A DNA stretch of 64,000 nucleotides, from assembly GCA_001768235.1 (NCBI GenBank), contig MENK01000031.1, positions 7,294 through 71,293 of the forward strand. The letters run 5' to 3'. A model generated the notes under the pieces. The model saw nothing but the letters and a program-made list of their open reading frames with translations, was not told where the DNA came from and did no database searches. Below are positions 57,629 through 64,000 of this stretch, one piece after another; within the stretch, counting starts at the first letter, position 1, and each line of letters begins with the position of its first letter. The position numbers and the translations under genes were made by a program. The stretch is from Bacteroidetes bacterium GWB2_32_14 (lineage in GTDB: Bacteria; Bacteroidota; Bacteroidia; Bacteroidales; UBA12077).

Positions 57629-58282
57629 ATGAAAAAACAAAAACTTCTTAAAATCGCATTCCTTTTAAGTATAATAACGATTATTTACAATATTGCTGAA
57701 GGCCTTATTTCTGTATATTTTGGGATAGATGATGAAGCCCTATCTCTATTAGGTTTTGGCACCGACAGTTTTGTCGAAGTGATTTCAGGTATTGGTATTG
57801 CCCACATGATTATTCGAATGCGTTATTCAAAAGTTGACCAACGCGATAAATTTGAACGCCAGGCATTACGAATTACAGGATTTGGGTTTTACATATTAAC
57901 TATAGGAATTCTTGCCGGTGTAATTTATAACATGATTAAAGGCACAAAACCCGATACTACCTTGCCCGGAATTATTATTGCAACCCTATCAATTCTTACC
58001 ATGTACTTTTTAATGCGTTATAAATTAAAAATAGGAAAAGCTTTAGATTCAGATGCCATTCTTGCAGATGCAAATTGCACAAAATCCTGTTTATACTTAT
58101 CCATTGTATTACTTATAAGCAGTGGATTGTATGCTATATTTCAAATCGGGTATATTGATATCCTCGGTTCTTTGGCCATTGCATGGTTTACATTTAAAGA
58201 AGGCCGAGAATCGTTCGAAAAAGCAAAAAGCAATAAACTCAGCTGTTGCTGCAATGGTAATTGTCACAACTCATCGGAATGA
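57629..58282 (+). CDS. Truncated cation diffusion facilitator (membrane domain only) with Cys/His tail
   Basis: YNIAEG, GFGTDSFVE, ADANCT.SC.YLS and KEGRE motifs; C-terminus SCCCNGNCHNSSE. Confidence 0.75.
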   Translation: MKKQKLLKIAFLLSIITIIYNIAEGLISVYFGIDDEALSLLGFGTDSFVEVISGIGIAHMIIRMRYSKVDQRDKFERQALRITGFGFYILTIGILAGVIYNMIKGTKPDTTLPGIIIATLSILTMYFLMRYKLKIGKALDSDAILADANCTKSCLYLSIVLLISSGLYAIFQIGYIDILGSLAIAWFTFKEGRESFEKAKSNKLSCCCNGNCHNSSE

Positions 58283-58971
58283 ATTTCCGATTTTTCGTTT
58301 ATCTTATTGCACACAGAATGAACCAGGTGAATATCGGTTTCGCCTAATATCATGAGTCGTTCCATTATACGATTGTAAATGGCGGATTCAGGGATAAAAC
58401 CAATTCGTGAAAGAATTTTTTCGGTCTTTGCTTTTAAAGCAATCAGGCTTTCCTCATCCTTCTTTTCTTCATCTTCATTTAATGTATTAAGCTCAAGTAA
58501 AGATAAGTTATAGGCATAAATCATGACCGACTGGGCAAGGTTTAATGAAGGATAGGTAGTTTTCATCGGAACACTTGTAACCGTGTGACAAAGATGAAGC
58601 TCGCTATTGGTTAACCCGCTTTCTTCGCGCCCAAAAACAATTGCCAGGGTCTTAATTGTTGATGCTTTTTTCTGAATCATCCCGTTGAGTTTATTTACAG
58701 GATAATAATCCTGGTTAACCCTGCGTTTTTTTGCCGTTGTACCTATAACCCAGTCGATATCAGAAATTGCATCTTTTAGAGAAGGGTAAACATTTGCATT
58801 TTCAAGTATATCATTTGATGCATGTGCAAGCCATTTCGCTTCATTAGCTAAGTGATTTGCAGGATTAACCAAACGCAACGAACTGAAGCCCATGGTTTTT
58901 ATAGCTCTTGCTGCAGCACCAATATTTTCGGGAACTGCTGGTTCTACAAGTATGAAATGTATTTCAATCAA
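58264..58971 (-). CDS. SPOUT tRNA/rRNA methyltransferase, TrmJ/LasT family
   Basis: LVEP..PENIGAAARA.KTMG, VFGREESGLTN and YPSLNLAQSV motifs; TTG start. Confidence 0.9.
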   Translation of the reverse strand: MIEIHFILVEPAVPENIGAAARAIKTMGFSSLRLVNPANHLANEAKWLAHASNDILENANVYPSLKDAISDIDWVIGTTAKKRRVNQDYYPVNKLNGMIQKKASTIKTLAIVFGREESGLTNSELHLCHTVTSVPMKTTYPSLNLAQSVMIYAYNLSLLELNTLNEDEEKKDEESLIALKAKTEKILSRIGFIPESAIYNRIMERLMILGETDIHLVHSVCNKINEKSEIHSDEL

Positions 58972-59025
58972 CTTCCTGATTTTTGTTTTATTCTCGTGTA
59001 AAAACAGGTATGCAAATAACCCTGT

Positions 59026-60003
59026 TTAATATATCATTTTTGGAATACCAACATAGTATAAATCAAATCCGCCTTTTCCTCCAGCCCTGTTCGATGAAAA
59101 TATCATTAAATCATTTTTATAATTATAGGCATACATGGTGATTGGGCGATACTCGTCGAATTCAGAATTAATTTCAGGACCAAAATTAACAGAAGTACTC
59201 CATGCATTATTATCATATACAGAGTAATACAAATCATATCCTCCATACCCTCCATCCCTGTTCGATGTAAAAACCATTAAATCGCCATTAATGTAAGGGC
59301 ATTTATCATCAGCATTACTATTTAATACATCATTTGGATTCCACGACGGGGCTATATCAGATTCAATCCATGAAATTAAGCTTGAAGAAGATGAAATACC
59401 TACATTGTAAATATCAAAATCACCACTCGAGTCGGAGCAAAAATAAAGCTCAGAAATTTCCTGGTTAAAAGCAGGATAGGCTTCATTAAAGCTGGAGTTT
59501 ATTTTATCAAGTAAAACAGGATTTTCCCAGGCATCATCAGAAATTTCATTTTTTAAATAATAAATATCTAAATCTCCCGATTTATCGGATGCATAAAAGA
59601 ATAGGCGGGTAACATAATCAGGGGCATAAATAATTGATGGCCCGTATTCATTAAATTCAGTATTTATTTGTGCTAATGCAGTATCATATAATCCGTAAGA
59701 CCCTTCATACACATCCATATAAAACTGGTTTGATGATGTGTTGTAATGATAATAAGCAATATAACTTACCAAATCGAAATTTTCACCTTGCGAATTTCTG
59801 TTGGATGAAAATACAAATAGGAATTCATAATATAACTCGTAAGGAGAAGCCGAGTTATAATCGTCATACACCGAATTTACCGCTTCAAAATTAACAGGAG
59901 CTGAAGGAAAAACCCCCTTTTCAAAATCATCGTCCAAATCACAGCTTGTAAATAAAACTACTATTGATAATAGAAACAGCAAGAATATTTTTTTTGTTTT
60001 CAT
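59026..60003 (-). CDS. Lipoprotein with PD40/TolB-like beta-propeller repeats
   Basis: Lipobox FTSC followed by acidic DLDDD; repeated INS...E..P, FSSNR.GG.GG.DLYY units. Confidence 0.8.
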   Translation of the reverse strand: MKTKKIFLLFLLSIVVLFTSCDLDDDFEKGVFPSAPVNFEAVNSVYDDYNSASPYELYYEFLFVFSSNRNSQGENFDLVSYIAYYHYNTSSNQFYMDVYEGSYGLYDTALAQINTEFNEYGPSIIYAPDYVTRLFFYASDKSGDLDIYYLKNEISDDAWENPVLLDKINSSFNEAYPAFNQEISELYFCSDSSGDFDIYNVGISSSSSLISWIESDIAPSWNPNDVLNSNADDKCPYINGDLMVFTSNRDGGYGGYDLYYSVYDNNAWSTSVNFGPEINSEFDEYRPITMYAYNYKNDLMIFSSNRAGGKGGFDLYYVGIPKMIY

Positions 60004-60082
60004 CCGTATAAATTTTATTACGTTATTGATTATTAGTTAATTATCCGCTTATTCCATCTGTTATTTAATTTTTTCTTATTAC

Positions 60083-60099
60083 CAGCCTGCGGCAGGCTG
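60083..60099. repeat. GC-rich palindrome CAGCCTGC-G-GCAGGCTG inside a 73-bp GC-rich patch (60082-60154)
   Basis: Perfect 8-bp inverted repeat with a 1-nt spacer. The patch has 44/73 G+C by hand count in otherwise AT-rich intergenic DNA. Confidence 0.6.
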
Positions 60100-60279
60100 A
60101 CTCGCTTCCACCAATCCATCCCACATTCCGCTCGTGAACCTCCATGCCATACGTCTAATATAATTAAATCGGTAAAAACAAATTTAATCAATCCTGTTTG
60201 TGCAAAATCTTTTGCATGGAGGTTTCATAATAAGTTGAATTTATACACCTAATGATGAAAAAAAACCGCTCCGGGTTGC

Positions 60280-60834
60280 TCAATGGTAAACAATAAATCC
60301 CAAAGTGTCGGGATGATCCTGAACCATAGAGTTCATAGGTAGCCGGAACAATCTCATACTGGCAATCATATCGCCTGCTGCAGCCCATGTAAAAAAGATA
60401 CCAAATAGCAAGTAAAATCCATTTCCTGAAATTATACCCGCAATTGAAGGAATTATGCCCATTATAACGAGTGGCATTAATGCCCCCGAGAGATAAAATT
60501 TTATTTTAATCGGTTTTTTAAAATGAGTATAGGGTGTCAGGTATTTCCAGTTGATTCCGAATTTTATTTGTTTAAATCCCTGTTTAACAAATATTGCCCA
60601 GGTAAAACCATGCAATAGCTCGTGAAGAACAACACCCCCGATTATTACAGTAAATATATGTTTAAGTAAAAGCCGATAACCCGATTTAACTGGATCGAAA
60701 TCCCATAAAAAAATAAAAGGAAGTAAAAACAATACCAGGATTGGAATCACAAATAAAAATGCAAAAAGATTTACTTTACCCATGGAAACTGTATATTCGG
60801 TTGATTTTTCTAAATGAACTTCTTTAAAAAGCAT
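60280..60834 (-). CDS. DUF3267-like membrane protein, putative zincin metallopeptidase
   Basis: LHELLHG (HExxH), FGINWK..PY.H, AAAGD and VQDHP motifs. The ATG at 60834 is preferred because 60885 overlaps the GNAT gene. Confidence 0.82.
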   Translation of the reverse strand: MLFKEVHLEKSTEYTVSMGKVNLFAFLFVIPILVLFLLPFIFLWDFDPVKSGYRLLLKHIFTVIIGGVVLHELLHGFTWAIFVKQGFKQIKFGINWKYLTPYTHFKKPIKIKFYLSGALMPLVIMGIIPSIAGIISGNGFYLLFGIFFTWAAAGDMIASMRLFRLPMNSMVQDHPDTLGFIVYH

Positions 60835-60839
60835 ACTGA

Positions 60840-61367
60840 TTATATTTTTGTAATATCGGATTTTAAAACTGAATAAATCAGGCAATCCTGAACCTGGTTA
60901 TTCTTGATAATAGCCCTTTTCAACCGGGCTTCAAAAATAAACCCCGCTTTTTCTAAAACCCGTTTTGATGCTGTATTCGATTCAAAAACCTGGGCGAAAA
61001 TCTTTTCTACATCAAACCTTTTAAATGTATATTCAACCATTGCCTTTAATGCTTTTGTTACAAACCCTTTATGCCAGTATTGCTCTCCCAGCCAATATCC
61101 AATTTCTGCATTTTTTCGGTAAACATCTGTTTGTAAGATTATTCCTATACCTCCAATCGCTTTGTCTTTATAAATAATGGCAAAATTTGTTAGCGGAGTA
61201 CTCTTGTTGGCAATTTCAATCCACTGTTCGGCTGCCATTTCAGTATATGGATTTGGAAAATCATCACGCAGGTTGTCCCATATCTTTTTATTGTTGGCAT
61301 TTTTAACCAGCGATTTGATATCCTTTTCCTGCCAGTTTCGGAGTGTAATAATTCCAAGATCAATCAT
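60840..61367 (-). CDS. GNAT acetyltransferase, RimJ/RimL-like
   Basis: FPNPYT, AEIGYWLGEQYWHKG and N.ASKRVLEKAGF..E motifs. Confidence 0.9.
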   Translation of the reverse strand: MIDLGIITLRNWQEKDIKSLVKNANNKKIWDNLRDDFPNPYTEMAAEQWIEIANKSTPLTNFAIIYKDKAIGGIGIILQTDVYRKNAEIGYWLGEQYWHKGFVTKALKAMVEYTFKRFDVEKIFAQVFESNTASKRVLEKAGFIFEARLKRAIIKNNQVQDCLIYSVLKSDITKI

Positions 61368-61399
61368 ATGAAGATGTTTGGGGAATAATTCAAAAAAAA

Positions 61400-62293
61400 T
61401 TACAAATTCCTAAACCTGTATAAAACTCCTGTTGGTAGTTTTCTTCCTGTTTTATCGTTAAGGTATAAAGCTCCAACTTCCTTGTCTTTTTGTTTTCCAA
61501 AAATACTTTCAACCAATGTTTCTGCCATAATTGATGATACTCCTGTTGAGTATAAATTCAGAATAAAAAAGTTGTTTTTAGGAGTTAAAAGCTGCTTGCA
61601 TTGCTTTAAAAGCTCATTTAATTTGTCTTCAAGAATCCACTTTTCACCATTAGGCCCATGTCCGTATGATGGAGGATCGAGAATAATTCCGTTATATTGT
61701 TTTCCACGTTTTACTTCACGATTCACAAATTTAACAGCATCTTCAATAACCCAGCGGATATCTGACAATTTGCTGGCTGCCATATTTTCTGACGACCAGT
61801 TTATAACCTGTTTTATAGAATCAACATGAATAACATCGGCCCCCGCAGCTTTTGCCACCAATGAAGCTCCACCTGTATATGCAAACAGATTCAGAACTTT
61901 GGGTTGTTCTGTTGTTTTTAATTCGGTAAGACTATCGTAAATGTAATTCCAGTTATCGGCCTGCTCTGGGAAAATGCCAACGTGTTTGAATGAAGTTAAC
62001 CCCAGCCGCATTTTAATATTCATAGATTTATACTGGTAGTTGATGAACCACTGTTCAGCCATTCCCGATTTTAAGACCCATTCCCCTTTTTCAGATGTTA
62101 GCCCTCCTGCCTTTTCTTTTTTAAATTCGGCGTGTGCCATTTTATGCCATTCGTTTTCCGACAATGCTTTATCCCAAATAGCTTGTGGTTCAGGACGAGA
62201 AACAATGTACTTGCCAAAACGTTCTAGCTTTTCAAAGTTTCCCGAATCAATTAATTCGTACTCAACCCAACTTTGTGGTGTAATTAACTTCAT
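61400..62293 (-). CDS. Class I SAM-dependent methyltransferase, RlmI/RlmK-like
   Basis: YELIDSG..EKLERFG, KHVGIFPEQ, VLNLFAYTGG and LDPPSYG motifs. Confidence 0.88.
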   Translation of the reverse strand: MKLITPQSWVEYELIDSGNFEKLERFGKYIVSRPEPQAIWDKALSENEWHKMAHAEFKKEKAGGLTSEKGEWVLKSGMAEQWFINYQYKSMNIKMRLGLTSFKHVGIFPEQADNWNYIYDSLTELKTTEQPKVLNLFAYTGGASLVAKAAGADVIHVDSIKQVINWSSENMAASKLSDIRWVIEDAVKFVNREVKRGKQYNGIILDPPSYGHGPNGEKWILEDKLNELLKQCKQLLTPKNNFFILNLYSTGVSSIMAETLVESIFGKQKDKEVGALYLNDKTGRKLPTGVLYRFRNL

Positions 62294-62339
62294 TTACTTT
62301 AATATTTATTACTATCATATTTTATTCATAGGATGAATG

Positions 62340-62427
62340 TTGATTTTCTTCTTTTGCCCCATCCCTAAAGGGAGAGAAGAAAATCAATTGCTCCCTTTAG
62401 GGTCAGGGGTAAAAAATTGATTTTCTT
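62340..62427. repeat. REP-doublet-like element with interleaved inverted repeats
   Basis: A TTGATTTTCTTC 62340-62351; B CCCTAAAGGGAG 62363-62374; A' GAAGAAAATCAA 62376-62387; B' CTCCCTTTAGGG 62391-62402; A TTGATTTTCTT 62417-62427. Confidence 0.7.
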
Positions 62428-62474
62428 ACAAATAAATGTTGTTTGGGTGAAAAATCCGACACTCATATAAAAAT

Positions 62475-64000
62475 TTATTGCAAAAATATAACTTTCATTG
62501 CACATTGTTGGCAATCAAACTCAAGTTTGTATTTTCTGTTATTATCGGCAAGATATAAAGGTTCTTCCATTTTTCTGTCTGGTTTATCGTGTTTGGTACA
62601 TAATCCCATCTGATACTTTATACAATGTTTGGTTATCATTATTTCTTTATTTTTAAAATCAGATTGTACTTCAAATGCCTGCTCTATACTTTTAACGCCA
62701 TGTTGCCTATAAAAGTCTATGGCTTTCTGATTGAGCACATTCCCTTTGTAATCCAGAATTTCTTCAGGGTAAAGATGAGTTGTTTTTTCAATTTTCCGTT
62801 CTTGTTTCTGATAGTTTTTCAACCTTTCTGTTTCGAGCAATTCAAGTGTTTTTCTTCGCAATTCATTTAATACCGATATTGGAAAAAATAAAGGGTTTTT
62901 TAAATTTATTTCAACAGTATCAATTCTGAAAATGGAATCCCCCGACTTTTTAAACTGATTGAGTATATTCTCTGTTGCCTTTTCAGGATTCGATGCCAAC
63001 GTTTTTTCCAGATGTTCTTCAATTTCAATATTTATATGATCTTCATCTTCTGCGGTTATAATAATTCCTTTTTCAAATTCACCAATAATTATTTTTGCCT
63101 GAATTTTCCTCTCGGTTCTTGATGACGAAAGTTGTTTATTAAATTCATAATCCGAATTACGATAAATAAAACTTTCAGGTTTTAGTAATTCAATATTATC
63201 GGCAAACACTTTATCTTTTTGTACTTTGTTCACTAATGTCCCGTGCAAAACTCCCTGATTATCAAAAAAGCATATTCCATCAGCATTGCTTAAAGGGAAT
63301 TCTGAATCAATTGTAAAATAATTTTTATTAACCGATTTTACTTTGCCAATAAATTTGCCAATTGATTTTTGAGTATCGGGTGAAGCAATTTCTTTTGTTC
63401 TCCCTTTGAAAAAATAAGTAGTATATCCCCTGTTAAATGTCTTATCTGTATCGGGACTAAAATCATAATTAATTTCACCCGATGACGATTTGAGATAACC
63501 TTCCCTTTTTTGAATAACTTCATCAATTTGTTTCCTGTAAAAGGCGGTAATATTTTTGATATAGTTAATATCCTTTAATCTTCCTTCAATTTTAAACGAG
63601 CTTATTCCTGCATCAATCATTTCACCAATATGATTCGAAAGATTTAAATCTTTTAATGACAACAGGTATTTGTTTTTTACAAGTGTATTCCCATTTTTAT
63701 CGAGTAATGAATAGTATGATCTGCAAGTTTGTGCACAAGCCCCTCTATTTGCACTTCCTTTTTCTATTGCGTGACTAAAATAACATTGTCCGCTAAAACT
63801 TACACACAATGCTCCATGAACAAAGAATTCCAAATCAATAGTTGTTTTTGAACGGATTTCCTGAATTTGCCCGGACGATAGCTCTCTGGCAAGAATTACC
63901 CGTTGTATTCCGGCATCTTCCAAGAACTTTACTTTTTGCCATGTATAGTTGTTGGTTTGTGTACTTGCAAATAAAGGAATCGGGGGTAATTTCATTTCAA
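62475..64000 (-). CDS. U32 peptidase-family protein, RlhA/YdcP-like (rRNA hydroxylation) with C-terminal DUF3656-like domain; 5' truncated by window edge
   Basis: PLFASTQ, ILARELS, FVHGALCVSFSGQC, SANRGACAQTCR, LSLKDL and FKIEGRLK motifs. The frame stays open to base 64000. Confidence 0.88.
   Translation of the reverse strand, partial: EMKLPPIPLFASTQTNNYTWQKVKFLEDAGIQRVILARELSSGQIQEIRSKTTIDLEFFVHGALCVSFSGQCYFSHAIEKGSANRGACAQTCRSYYSLLDKNGNTLVKNKYLLSLKDLNLSNHIGEMIDAGISSFKIEGRLKDINYIKNITAFYRKQIDEVIQKREGYLKSSSGEINYDFSPDTDKTFNRGYTTYFFKGRTKEIASPDTQKSIGKFIGKVKSVNKNYFTIDSEFPLSNADGICFFDNQGVLHGTLVNKVQKDKVFADNIELLKPESFIYRNSDYEFNKQLSSSRTERKIQAKIIIGEFEKGIIITAEDEDHINIEIEEHLEKTLASNPEKATENILNQFKKSGDSIFRIDTVEINLKNPLFFPISVLNELRRKTLELLETERLKNYQKQERKIEKTTHLYPEEILDYKGNVLNQKAIDFYRQHGVKSIEQAFEVQSDFKNKEIMITKHCIKYQMGLCTKHDKPDRKMEEPLYLADNNRKYKLEFDCQQCAMKVIFLQ

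Noticed and set aside
808-63526. Dozens of 60-200 aa ORFs in the supplied track lying antisense to or inside longer genes (e.g. 1151-1522, 12287-12619, 33903-34325, 51952-52548, 61482-61829)
   Set aside because: They overlap well-supported genes, show no recognisable motifs, and are the expected shadow ORFs of AT-rich coding DNA.
1-64000. tRNA, rRNA, CRISPR arrays, prophage, IS/integrase genes, defence systems
   Set aside because: No T-loop/anticodon cloverleaf, rRNA-like tract, regularly spaced repeat-spacer array or such protein motifs were seen by eye. A tRNAscan/Infernal/CRISPR scan would be needed to exclude them formally.

Overview
A low-GC (roughly one-third GC by eye) chromosomal segment of a Bacteroidota bacterium, probably a Bacteroidales/Marinilabiliales-like lineage. 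The assignment rests on a T9SS C-terminal sorting domain, porQ-cmk-ispH, lysS-gpsA-pgi, purH-mreBCD-mrdA-rodA, rsmA-mgtE and many TAnnTTTG (-7) promoter boxes. The window is mostly housekeeping genes (pstSCAB, recJ, lipBA, lysS, gpsA, pgi, acpH, cell-shape operon, RNA-modification enzymes). I saw no rRNA, tRNA, CRISPR array, transposase, integrase or phage gene. The accessory pieces most worth follow-up are: (1) a secreted thioredoxin-ApbE-DUF4266-DUF3570 operon that reads like an extracytoplasmic flavin/thiol redox conduit; (2) a stand-alone P-loop enzyme of the AAGRDFHNFN family, a candidate energy-conserving arginine synthetase (ArcE-type), with a strong Shine-Dalgarno that is atypical for this phylum; (3) a DAG kinase / PlcP-like phosphoesterase / glycosyltransferase module suggesting phosphate-starvation lipid remodelling near pstSCAB; (4) a GT2 plus three GT-C-like membrane protein array, one member flanked by ~45-bp direct repeats; (5) a His/Cys-motif lipoprotein plus PepSY-TM pair; (6) several non-coding structures, including a REP-doublet-like interleaved palindrome, a GC-rich palindromic patch and a possible structured RNA between lipA and lysS. 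All family assignments come from motif recognition and memory, not database searches.
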